From positions 51,150,001 to 51,214,000 of the forward strand of contig OZ076419.1 in the NCBI GenBank assembly GCA_964187785.1: a stretch of DNA of 64,000 bases. The letters are read 5' to 3'. This document shows, in pieces, positions 1 to 11,707 of this stretch (position 1 is its first letter; the number at the start of each line of letters is the position of its first letter). The position numbers and the translations under genes were made by a program. A model generated the notes under the pieces. The model searched no databases and was not told the DNA's origin. It worked only from the letters and a program-made list of their open reading frames with translations. This stretch comes from Amphiscolops sp. MND2022 (taxonomy: Eukaryota).

Positions 1-37
1 GCGGTCATCTCTCTGCCTTCAATTTCTAAAGTTTCTA

Positions 38-508
38 CTGACAGCGCTAATTTGAAAAACCCGATAATTTCCCAAGTTGCCGCATCACACAGAGGTGTGA
101 CGTTCGCACAATGACAAGTGCCGAATAAATTTTTTAGGTAGGTTTTGGAGAATTTCTACAAGGTTGCAAAAATTAAAGAAATACAAATGAAGTATATTTG
201 TCAAAATCTCACAAGGGCAAAAAAACGTAAAAATAGGGACTATTTTGGACCTTATTGTTATCCACCAGAATCTAAACGAATGGAAAATTTTAATGAAATG
301 ATTCAAGTTTACAATTTACATCTGGCATCACGCAAAAAGTAATAATACAGGTTATTGCATGACGTAATGTACAGAATATGTCACACTGTATACTTTTAAT
401 CTGTGAAAAAAACTTTAGAGTTCCCCTTCAAGACATGAAAGTCAGATCCTATGCGGTTTTCGAGCGTTCTGTCGCTTCACACATGGCGTTTCACATCTGA
501 CCTTAAGA
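38..508 (+). repeat. Copy 1 of a ~470-510 bp direct duplication of intronic DNA (copy 2 at 894-1403)
   Basis: ctgacagcgc..tttgaaaaacccgataatttcccaagttgccgcatcac through catctgaccttaaga recurs almost identically at 894-1403; copy 1 differs by an indel near 97-108. Confidence 0.9.
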
Positions 509-515
509 TCATCTG

Positions 516-893
516 ATCTCCGATAACGGTACACCTAAACCTTCTGTACTAATCAAGTTGGTTCGACTCCTGTCGGTACCATTCAAGTACTAAACATCAT
601 TGAATTGACATTTTTGTCGGTACGCCCCTTTTCTGACTAACCAAAAAGCTTTCTTTTGGTTCAACTTTTCTGTTGGTACAACTCATTTCATAGTTTTTTT
701 TAAAATAAATTCATTGCCTTCTTTAAACGATTCAGTTTGTATTTTAATGATTTTTTTGTATTTTTGTTTTTTTTTGTATCATTCTTCTCGTCGTCGAAAA
801 AATTGATGATTGCTTTCATTCGCCAATATATATTTTTCATCTCCTAATCAATGTTTTCAACCGAAAGTCTTGCAACTATATTTTTTTGTTTTG
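516..893 (+). repeat. Templated copy of 2900-3275 (5' leader of retroelement E0)
   Basis: atctcc(g/a)ataacggtacacctaaacc...tttttttgttttgc is near-identical to 2900-3275. Confidence 0.9.
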
Positions 894-1403
894 CTGACAG
901 CGCTGATTTGAAAAACCCGATAATTTCCCAAGTTGCCGCATCACGCAGAGGTTTGAGTAGGGTTAACACTTTCCACAGTTAGTGTTTAATCAATCTGCAA
1001 AACAATGACAAGTGCCGAATAAATTTTTTAGTGAGGTTTTGGAGAATTTCTACAAGGTTGCAAAAATTAAAGAAATACAAATGAAATATATTCGTCAAAG
1101 TCTCACAAGGGCAAAAAAAACGTAAAAATAGGGACTATTTTGTACCTTATTGTTTTCCACCAAAATCTAAACGAAATGAAAACTTTAATGAAATGAATCA
1201 AGTTTACAATTTACATCTGGCATCACGCAAAAAGTAATAATACAGGTTATTGCATGACGTAATGTACAGAATATGTCACACTGTATACTTTTATTCTGTG
1301 AAAAAAACTTTAGAGTTCCCCTTCAAGACATGAAAGTCAGGTCCTATGCTGTTTTCGAGCGTTCTGTCGCTTCACACATGGCGTTTCACATCTGACCTTA
1401 AGA
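894..1403 (+). repeat. Copy 2 of the direct duplication
   Basis: Near-identical to 38-508. Confidence 0.9.
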
Positions 1404-2037
1404 CATGTTACTAATGTGAGAGTGTAGCATTATATGTACTAAGAACACTCATGCACATGAAAAGCAACAATGGCGGCAAAGGACTCTGATGGCGGCAATT
1501 TATCGAAGTTGTTCGAAAAAGATTATCGATAGGTCTTTGAGCTGTCTCGGAATTTCAATTACGTACTAGCTAGACTCACAGTATTCCAAAAGCTATTGCA
1601 GTTGGCGAGCCACTCTATAGAAAGAAACTTAGTTGTTGATTTGATTTTCAGGATTTGCTTTGACGAAATTCGAAGTTTCATCTTGCAATTTTTAGAGTAA
1701 GACACACTTCCGATTGGTATTCAGTGGTTACAATTAGGATTTTGGAGTGGATAATATCGAATGGAGTGCCTCTAAAAATATAGGACCCTTCTTGAGCTTT
1801 TTCCATGAACTATTTGTTAGACGAATAAGTAGATTTAATTAGAAGTTAATGTAACCTAGAATGCAAAATGCTTTTCATTTGTCTGGTATGGGTCTCGAGT
1901 AAACACCACGAATTTCCTATTCTAATCTTTCTTTTTTAAAAGCTTCAAAAAGTTTTGAGAAACCAGTGCTCTCAGTTGTGGATTCGAACACTGGAATCAT
2001 TTTTTGACCTGATTACTACGATTTGAATTGCTCTAAC

Positions 2038-2221
2038 CCCCACGTAGAGTTTTCCTTAGCGAAAGCAATGATGTTGGCAGCCTTGCCACTGCCCTTGACA
2101 ATGACCACCGGAGTTCCCACATCAAGGCAGCGCTTCACTGTTCGCAAGTGATCGGGTCCGCCCTCCAAAAGAACACAGACTGCGTGGGACGACTGCGGAC
2201 ATGCTCGACAAAACGAGTCGG
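2038..2221 (-). CDS. TRPM-like channel exon (C-terminal half of SLOG domain); 3' boundary uncertain (2038 or 2044)
   Basis: Acceptor tattttcag|CC (phase 1). Reads DSFCRACPQSSHAVCVLLEGGPDHLRTVKRCLDVGTPVVIVKGSGKAANIIAFAKENS, matching the TRPM VxxxxEGGP...PVVVxxGSGRAAxxxAFA pattern. Phase matches the donor at 43276. Confidence 0.8.
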
Positions 2222-2820
2222 CTGAAAATAAAGAAAATTTTCCATGTTATCTGTGTTCTTTCATCGTTTCAGGGCTAACCTTCGGACGAACGAACAAAAA
2301 CTAAATAAAATATAAATTATAAAAATTTTCCGATATATACACAAAATGCCCAGTTTCAAGAAGCTAAGTTTCAGCAGCCATTTCAATTTCAAGTTTCGGA
2401 CGAATGGTCCCATTTTGTTTTTTTTTTCAGTCTTCTGTGACCATTTTGGACAACTGCTTCAAAAATGACCTCCGTTCACCAATCATAGCTCGTTTCTTCA
2501 TCGCATATCTTTTTCAGTTGATATACCTATACTCTTATATTCAATCATCATCAACCACCCTTCATATGGATGTCTAATTTTGAATTATGTATCCTGAATT
2601 TTAATGTGCCCAATTTAAATTCAATACCATACTTTATACTGTAAAGCAATTATCCGATTTATAACCGTTCACAAGTCAGATAAAGTCTTCACAATCAAGT
2701 TGTCACCGCTTTCAAAGACCTAATAGCTGCAGCTCTGTTAGAGTTAAAGTACTTCACATCCCGATACTGAAATGATCTAAAATAATGTAACCATCCAAAC
2801 CCAAAAACAAGTACTTTAAC

Positions 2821-2832
2821 TGGTGCGACCAG
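2821..2832 (+). promoter_or_regulatory. Putative primer-binding site of E0, overlapping an AACT LTR end by 1 nt
   Basis: gtactttaacTGGTGCGACCAG; the TGG start is complementary to the tRNA CCA end. Confidence 0.5.
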
Positions 2833-3676
2833 TTCATCTCCCTTCTTTCCCTCCTCCCTTGTTCTACAACTTTCTGTACTAACCATCCTTTGGTTCGATA
2901 TCTCCAATAACGGTACACCTAAACCTTCTGTACTAATCAAGTTGGTTCGACTCCTGTCGGTAACATTCAAGTACTAAACATCGTTGAATTGACATTTTTG
3001 TCGGTACGCCCTTTTCTGACTAACCAAAAGCTTTCTTTTGGTTCCACTTTTCTGTTGGTACAACTCATTTCATAGTTTATTTAAAAAATAAATTTATTGC
3101 CTTCTTTAAACGATTCAGTTTGTATTTTAATGATTTTTTGTATTTTTGTTTTTTTTTGTATCATTCTTCTCGTCGTCGAAAAAATTGATGATTGATTTCA
3201 TTCGCCAAAATATATTTTTATCTCTTAATCAATGTTTTCAACCGAAAGTCTTGCAACTATATTTTTTTGTTTTGCAAATGCTTGTTTTTTTCATGCTTCA
3301 TGTTGAAAAAAGAGTCACATCCCTTTTCCACTTATTTCGAACTTTTCATGAATTCTCCCCATTCCCATCATCCCATAGTCTTTTTTTCATAACTCCACTT
3401 TATCATCATCAACCACTACTTTATTTTCCCAAACCTCAATCAATTTTTCAAACTCTTTCCTACTATCCTCCCTCTCTCCTTTCATATATTTATATTTTTC
3501 TTTGTTTCAAATTCAAACCCTTCCAACCTCTTTCACAACTCCTGATAATCACATTTTTATCCATCTCCCAATTACATATTTCCATTCTCTCCTCATTTAT
3601 CACACTGAAAATAAATTCCCCAAACCCCATCAAAATTTTTATCCACTCCCCACTGAAACTTCTCTTCACCTCAATA

Positions 3677-5900
3677 TGAAATTAGACCGATTTTGGCTAA
3701 TGTTTTATCGTCATCGTCATTCATGATGAATGACCAACCTCCTCCTTTACTCCCGCTCCCCCTTTTCGGTTGATGATACCCATCATGGTCTTTCACGCGA
3801 AACCGCTCCACTTTTAACCAAATTCCTTGAAAAAACTCCTTTCTTTAACTCAACTGATTCTCTTTCTTTTGAAACATACCCTGAAGATCTTTACACTACA
3901 CTTCTTATACTTGAACATCTGTACTCATATCGAAGGTTACATAGAGACACATTCTTTAGTAGAAACTCTTGACGAATACTCATTTTCCATTCCTTTCATC
4001 TCTCCTCTTAATTCCAATGGAACCTTTTGTAAAACCATCGACCCCACGACGTTCCAAATTCCTATTCCTAATGTTCTCACCAAATTTCTCAAACATCTCT
4101 TAGAAAAGAATAACCTCTTACCTCAACATGCTTTCACTCCGCTAACAAGCACTCCTCCAAAAAGAAACTCTTTTTAACCTCACCAACATTGAACAACTTC
4201 GCACTATTGAAAATGAAGTCCCACCATTGGCTTACTACCAATATTTTTCACATTCACCATTTCCAGTATCAATTTATTTCACAATCTCACTTTAGATCAA
4301 CAAATGAAAGAACAATTTCGAATCTACTCACATTTTTTTGGAAAATTGTTTAGACACACCTACCAACTTATTTGGGATTCTAAATATCAAGACGCTTGCA
4401 AAAACTTCCCTTCTCATTTCTCTAAAGATGAACTCCTACCTTTCCTAGCTACCTCTGATAATCATTATTTTTAATTCTATAACCTCCGCGATTTTAGTGT
4501 AAGTAATTTTAAATACCTCATCTATGATAATCATAGTTTTGAGGAAAGTCTTGTATTTCCTCCTCCTGTAAGACCATACGCAACGCGTACTCCTCAAACT
4601 ACTTCCTTTGACACTACTACTGATCTCTAATTACAAACCGTTCCTTGTGCTTGTAATGTTTTATTGAACACAGTTTTGGTAATCATTCTCCAAATTTTCA
4701 TCCTCTTCCTCCTCCTCCTCCTCCTCCTCCTCCTCCTCCTCCTCCTCCTCCTCCTCCTCCTCATCCTTCTACTCTTCCTCCTCCTCCTTTAAAGAACCCC
4801 ATCACTACTCAACCTTCAACTTCTCACTCACCACACCAATATAACACTCCTTATAACTCTCCTTCACCACCAAATCCTATTACTACCCAACCTTCTAACT
4901 CTCAAATTCATCAAACTCTTCTTCCAATCCCTCTTTCTTTTCCTAATGAAATCACTATTCAACCTCAAGCTCACTCGCCTCAAACATTATTACCAACAAC
5001 TCTTTCTTCTAATCCTAACCCTCCATCATCTTTTCCTGAATGTCAAAACCCTCCGTCGACACTACTTCCTTCTTCTTTACCTTCTCCCCCTACATCTAAT
5101 GACCCATACGCATCACTACATCCCGGTTTTCATAAGTATCCTCCATCCTCTTTTCAACCTCCTACGCTCCCTCCTAACCCCCCCACCATGTAGTTTTACC
5201 TATCCGTTCAATCCACCTTCTTTTCAACCTCCGCCACCAGTTTTTTAAATGAAACCTTCTGTTCCTTTTGCTTCCTATTCAAATCCATTGAAATTTTGAT
5301 GGCTTGGATCAAACGTACCCTCCTGAGGAGCTTTTAGGTCATCAGTGGTAGTGTAACGTTTCAAAATGGACCTCAACTCCTCGTAGTCTCTTGAAAGGTA
5401 AAAGATTTTGCCATCTCTGGTGGACTCTGAAGATATTACACTTGAACAAAAGTAAAACACAAAGATTTTTCTCTTGAGGTTAATACTCTCTCTCAAAACG
5501 CCACTGTTAAAGATAATTCCTCAGAATCTCGACAAATACATGCTGTAGATCCCAATAATATATCTATACCTCAATTCAAACAATATTGCTCCTTTTGCCA
5601 TAAAATAAACCAATATGTCTCCACTTGTTATCGAAGTCTCAATAAACTTAAAGAATCTGAACCTAATTCAAAATCACCTACTCCTTCTTTCTATCAACAT
5701 TTTAAAACATCATCCAACAGAAATAATAACAAAGTTCCTCTTTATCGTAAATGAAGTAATAATAATCATTATCGATAGTTCTCTCCAGAATATCGACATA
5801 AGTCTCAGATCAAAAAATCTACACAAAAAATGATTCGAACCCATTTTTAGTTATTTGGTGATGACTAATTCACACTTCGTATTCAAAATAAAGGTAACAT
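3677..5900 (+). pseudogene. gag: E0 gag-like relic
   Basis: Fragmented ORFs, a Pro-rich segment, then PFASYSNPLK/FDGLDQTYPPEE near 5260-5330; multiple frameshifts. Confidence 0.5.
4708..4762 (+). repeat. (CCT)n microsatellite (poly-Pro in the E0 gag-like region)
   Basis: About 18 consecutive cct units seen directly. Confidence 0.95.
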
Positions 5901-6439
5901 TGTCACATATACTCCTCTCGATTCATTTGTTTCAGTCTGTATCATTCTTTTTAAACAAGTATAAAAAACCTATAAAGAATAAAGTAAAAACATTGCTTCA
6001 TAAGAACCCTTTTTAAAACGAAACTGAGTTGTATGAAGATGATGTTCCTGTCAAACAAAACTCACAGTCACCTCTCCAACATCATTCAATTCATACCCTC
6101 CTCTCTCAAATCCAATACGGCTATAACAATAAATCTCACCTTTCTCAAGTTATCTTTACCAATACAACAATCTTTTCAGTTCCAAACTCTGATGATTCTG
6201 CTCATACCAACTCCATAATACAAACGCCTATTAAACCTACGTCTACCCAGTTGTTGCCATTTTTTGATCCATTCTATTTTGCCATTGCAAAACCTTTGAA
6301 AACTTTTGCTGAAGACCTTACACTTTGTTTCCAGAGCTAACTCAATTCTCTATACATATTACAAGCAATTGCAACATTTATTTACTGACCAGTATTATCC
6401 AATTACACCCAACTCCACAATAACTTTATAAACACTCAA

Positions 6440-7775
6440 CCCTCCTTTAGCCAAACTCGCATTTCTTTGCCACTTCTTTCTGCTGGTTTCGATAAAAGTC
6501 ATTCACATGGTCAATCCGGCGAAAAACTCTTTATTAGAACTTTCTACCACTTTTATTATTTTCCCCGTTTACTTTTATGGTGGTTTTCTCCTCCTTTACT
6601 GCTTTATGAAAACGCAACTCATTTTAATTTATCGAATCTCCATGGACACTAAAGGACTTATTTCTCCTTCTTCACGAAGATTTACATATTTTTGTAATCA
6701 TTGACGCTTTTAGTTATTTTGTTGCTCTCATATTTCCGAATATGTTATCCAAACACGTCTCTGTCATTAGATTTTTGAATTTGACCCACCTCAATATCTC
6801 GTCACTGATCGTGGTACTGAATAAATTAATCAAGAAACAGACCAAAATTGCTGTCTTTCTCTCTTTAATGTTAATCAGTTGAAGTCCAAAACGTAATCTT
6901 GAAACAGACGTCAATTTATTTTTACAAAATCCTCCTACTAATTTGTCATTTCAAACCGAATGTATACTTATGCTCACAACTTTACTCCTCTTTTTGAACC
7001 TGAACAATCCCCATATCAAATTGTTTTCTTTACACACCCTCGTATTCCATTGACGTTTCTCTCAATTTATTACGTGACTCTTCTAAAAATGGTATTGTAA
7101 CATTATGTTCATCACTTCTACATCATATAAATTTTAGTGACCAAGAGGTCAATCACTTTTTCAACTCAATCCTCGACAAACCTTTCTCCTTAGTGCTTTT
7201 ATCAGCTGAGCCTGCAGTATTGGCAAATATATTCTATTGTTCATCGTCATATAATCAACAAATTAAACTGACAAAACTCCACATTTGAAACCACTCAATT
7301 GAAACAACTTCCTCTGAACACTTTTGTTATACACACTAATTTTAAACCTGCTAAATTCTCCAACAAACGTAAAACCCTCCGAATTGACTTGTACAATCTT
7401 ATTCAACATCTCGTCGATGTTACTTATGAACTTATGGCCCAAGATGGCTCCACTTTTCCCACTCATCGCAATCATACTCTGTCATATTATCCTGAAGAAC
7501 CAAAGATTTGCTCTCATCTCCGTCAATACCATTTTACACCCCCACTTCTTAACATTAATGATACTGACTCCTATCAAGGTATTCTTTTTACCTCACCTCA
7601 ACTTGAATCTGACACCGCCTTTGACTATTTCAATCCACACACCACTATTAACACCTTTGCACAGCCCAAGCTACTCGCAGACCTCCACGCAATAGATAAA
7701 ATCTTCGATATATACCGTACACTTCGATATACCGTACTTCGATATAAACCCTACACCTTCTCTTGCAAGCATTAA
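6440..7775 (+). pseudogene. pol: E0 integrase relic
   Basis: DKSHSHGQSGEK..YYFPRL (zinc-binding region), RISMDTKGLISPSS..DAFSYFV, VTDRGTE, and C-terminal TYELMAQDGSTFPTHRNH..YYPEEP. No YxDD RT found upstream. Confidence 0.75.
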
Positions 7776-8299
7776 TTCCTCATTAATAAGACATCACGCT
7801 CAATCTCTTTCGTCTGACTCTCTATCTTCTCACGAAAATGTTCAGACATTTTTTCTTCTGATAACCGCCTTCTGAAATTGACTTAACCATTGATCAAAAT
7901 TCTACTCCACTTACACCCAATCGTGTTGATTATCCTCTGATTCTCGACGATACTCGTGTCTCTAGTTCATGTCAAGATCCCCTCGATTTTTATTTCTTGT
8001 CACTCATAAATTAAAATCTAATACTCAAATTTCAAACAAACGTCGTCGTACAGAATTTCACTGATTAGATGATGCAAACCTTGAAGTTAAATTAGAAATC
8101 ACTGTTGAATTTCATAATTAATGTCCTCATCCAAGTCCGTCACATACAACTGTGAATTTTAAGTCCTTGCCACATCCGTTCTTTGCCACTAATCTCACAC
8201 TTTTCAAAAGTGATCTTCCTCCTTTCCCTCTTCTTCACGGTTCTATCATTTTCTTCAGTCAAATTCTAAAGAAATACTGCTCAATTTCAACTTTCCTCC

Positions 8300-10030
8300 A
8301 TATGAATTCTCACTCTAAATACTTTTTTCTTTTCCCCTTCCTCCACCTCAAATACTTCACCGTTCTCATCCTTTCGCTTGACTTCTCTACTGATGTAGTA
8401 GAACCTAACGATCCTCACAATTCTGACCTATTGGTTTCCCACTATGATTGTTCTAAACAACAAAACCTCCGTCAATTTAGTTTAACTCGAGCAACCTTGT
8501 GCTCAAGCCCTTTCAGCCTTAGGAAGCACTTGTGCCATTGCTACTGTTATTGTCCGCGCAGAAGATAAACGCCTCAAGGCATAGACCTATGAAGCTTATA
8601 TTAAACGTGAAACGTTAAAAAAGTTTGCGCCCAATCCGATTATAAAAACCGTCGTCAAGATCATAGTGACTATCATCAAAATACCATGAAATGTCCTCGT
8701 ACTTTGATCCTACGGAATGCGAACATGCTATTTGTCACCTAATTGGAAATGATTTTCCTCAACACAATGCTTCCGATTATAGTAACTCCTTCACCTTCTT
8801 TATCGATGTTCAAGAACAACGCCTTCTTGAAAGTAAACAACCTCCTTTTCGTATAGCTAAGCGTAACATTTTTCTTTATGGTGCTTTTGCTTGGATACCG
8901 AACTCTCAACATGTTTTGAACTCAACTCGTAATTAAAGAAAAGGGTGTTGTTTGGGACCGCAATGAGTATATAATTGAAAAAGATGGTCGGTCTTTAAGT
9001 TACTAAGATATTGAAAGAACCAAATAGTTCTTTTGGTTCCCTAAAAACTATTATTATTCTTTTCCATTCACTCTTTATTGGACGTATTTCTAAACTCGAT
9101 AACCGTTATTGGCTTGAAACTGAACTCTTCTTCAATAATACTTAATCTATTGTTCCCCCTGAACCTCCTTACCGTGATTCCAAATCTCAAATCCGCTCTC
9201 TCCTTTTTCCTGCTCTCAACTCCTCTAACATTTTTGCCACTATTGATTATGAAGCTCCTATAAAATATTCTCGCAAGGTCGGTTGAAAATCCACAACTGG
9301 CTGCCTGGCGTTTGACTTACCTCGCCATCTCTCTCCTTAATATCTAGCTGAACAATGTTATGACAAAATCCATTTTAACTACCTTGATACTGTCATTTAT
9401 GTTGACACTATCACTCCTCAAACCTTTGAATATGCTAATCAAAGACCATGTGAAAACAACCCACAAAAGTTCTTGCTCTTGACCGTGACACCGATCAATA
9501 TCATTATAATGTCTTAACTCCTTAAATTACTAAAGAAGCCCCTCGTCTACTCTTTGAACCCCAACCATATTTAACACCTTTACTGCTCAAGATGCATGTA
9601 TTTATTCTCAAAAAAACTCAAACAATTTTGGAACCGTGTTCTCGTCACCAAACATTCTGATAAAACATTCCAACTTCTTGATAAAGTTCTTAGTTAGAAT
9701 TTATGAGTAAAAAATCGTCTGAACTCCTCCCAATTAATCCCTTTGGATCTGTTCGATTTATTCTCCAGGACTATAAGTTAAACTTAGCTCCTTTTTTCAC
9801 ACCTGAAAGGTTCACCGATGCTTTCATTACACTCATTGGTTGCCCATGTTATCTTTTAACCCAATGTGGAACTTATTTTCCACTGCTCGTCTTCTTCGAT
9901 TTGCTTTCAACACACTCTTTGGTTTTTACCGCTCTTTCGAAGCTACGAAAAGTCATAAAAAATCTCCCTTTTTCTGCTTTTGGCTTTGGATTTTTTGGAA
10001 CCGTAACCAAATCAATGATGACTGCTATAA
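8300..10030 (+). pseudogene. E0 env-like glycoprotein relic
   Basis: Hydrophobic leader (YFFLFPFLHLKYFTVLILSL), then HYDCSKQQNLRQFSLTR..QPC..IATVIVRA, a DPTEC segment, and a late hydrophobic TM-like segment (DAFITLIGCPCYLLTQCG). Lies downstream of integrase; frameshifted. Confidence 0.55.
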
Positions 10031-11260
10031 TTGAATCTCCCGATTCGAACTCAGATTTCGTTGATTCTGATACAGCTCCGCCTTCTTGTCATTCTAGAAC
10101 TACAGTTAGCCCAAGGTTAAAACTTTCTAAATTTTTTAAAAACAAACCCTTAGAATAATCCAAAAATTGAAGTCTTGAAACTAACTAAAAACGCCATGCA
10201 AAGATCCTCACAAAAAAAGTATCCTTCTGTTACTAACCTTTCTCCACGTTACCCTCTTATTAGTATTCCCCAATTTATTGGAAATAATTGAGCCCCTGCT
10301 CCTAAAACAAACTTACATGGTATTCATTCTAATAATCTTTCTCCTCGTCATTTCCAACTACCTCCATTGTCTTCTGCTCCTGATCTACAAAATACTACTT
10401 GTCCTGAAGACACCATTTTTGACAACTCCTCCAATGATTCTCACTTACACAATGTATGGAAATCCACCAACAATTCTCCTCCTACTCAACCACCTGTAAA
10501 ATTTATTGACATTCCATCAACTTCTGTCAATAGTATATTCAATCATCCCGAAAGCCTTGTCAAAAATTATTAATCCTGTCGCTTTACACCTGGTTAAAAT
10601 TAAGCCTATTTCTTCTATAATTTTCTACACTTCTCTTTGTTTCCTAATGCTCATCTTCCTCTTTGTTCAGTTTCTGTTTCATAACCGCTAAACTCGCATT
10701 CCTTTCTCAAATCTTTCGCATCAAAATTGTTCGTCTTTTTACTATCTTCTGTATTCGAATTGTCTTGCTTGCACTTGTCTATAATCTTTTGATCACCAAT
10801 TATTTTTATCACTATCATTCCTTCTACTTATTATATTGTATAAAGTTACTTACTACAGTATCACTTTACCGTAAACTTCTCTACAATCCTTAAGAACTTA
10901 ATAAGTTTTTTAAAATCATAATTTTTGTCTCCACTCGAGTACTCTTTTGTTTTTAGTCAAAAAATGATTTCATCTACTTGCGGAAAAGAACTTCTCTCTA
11001 GTATCGCATCTCTGTCACCACCTTTTTCGCTCAAATCTGGTACCCTTGAACCCTCCCATTTATCTGATCCGATTAATCCTGAGATCAGTCCTACTCCTGA
11101 ACTCACTATCCCTGAAATTCAATCTTCCTCTTCAACCCATACTTCCACTGTACATATTCAAACTATTTCTTCTACTCTTAAAACTCGCCACTCGCCTACT
11201 CCCCCACCTGAAAACATTCAACTCACTTTTGTTAATGTCACATATACTGTTCATTCTAAG

Positions 11261-11707
11261 AACAAGTCGGGAACGGCCCGAGTCGGCGCCATATGTAAGG
11301 CTCAAAAATATCAAAAGGACTTCAAAATGTCAAAGTTATGGTAAATTGGGGGACCCTTCTATGAAAAAAAGACCCTTTGGTAATTTTCAACATCCATTCT
11401 GTCGCAGATCATCAAAACATTGAAGGGGGACCCTATTGGGATTTTTTTTCCGAAAAAAAGTCGCACAATGACGGAGGAAAATTGAAAGGGGGGACCCTTT
11501 AGTCTCGCCCGGGAATGAATGTTACGCGGAAAAAAATAAAAACCTTTTTGGTTTAGATCCCTGGGCCAACAGTTGAAATTTGAAATTTTGTAGAACTTTT
11601 GATAGAACTCTTTTGGTCAGTTCAGGTGGTCTTAAAAAAACACTGATAAAAAGCCATGATTATAGTCGACTCTTTTCTTAAGAAAAACGCCGACTAAATA
11701 AAAAAAG
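11261..11707. mobile_element. Non-autonomous Helentron/DINE-1-like (HINE) insertion inside E0
   Basis: Starts AACAAG + hairpin TCGGG-aacgg-CCCGA + subterminal AGTCGGCG. Far end has CGCCGACT with an adjacent inverted repeat (tagtcg..ttttctt/aagaaaa..cgacta). Internal gggggacccttt repeats; A-rich flanks. Same family at 46763 and 47184. Confidence 0.6.

Noticed and set aside
1440-2010. Further downstream TRPM exons
   Set aside because: Several short frames with plausible splice sites, but no recognisable TRPM motif and no unique phase-consistent solution.
85-3726. Phe/Leu/Lys-rich ORFs in AT-rich DNA (e.g. 3146-3679, also 47218-47773)
   Set aside because: Compositional artefacts of low-complexity intron or repeat sequence.
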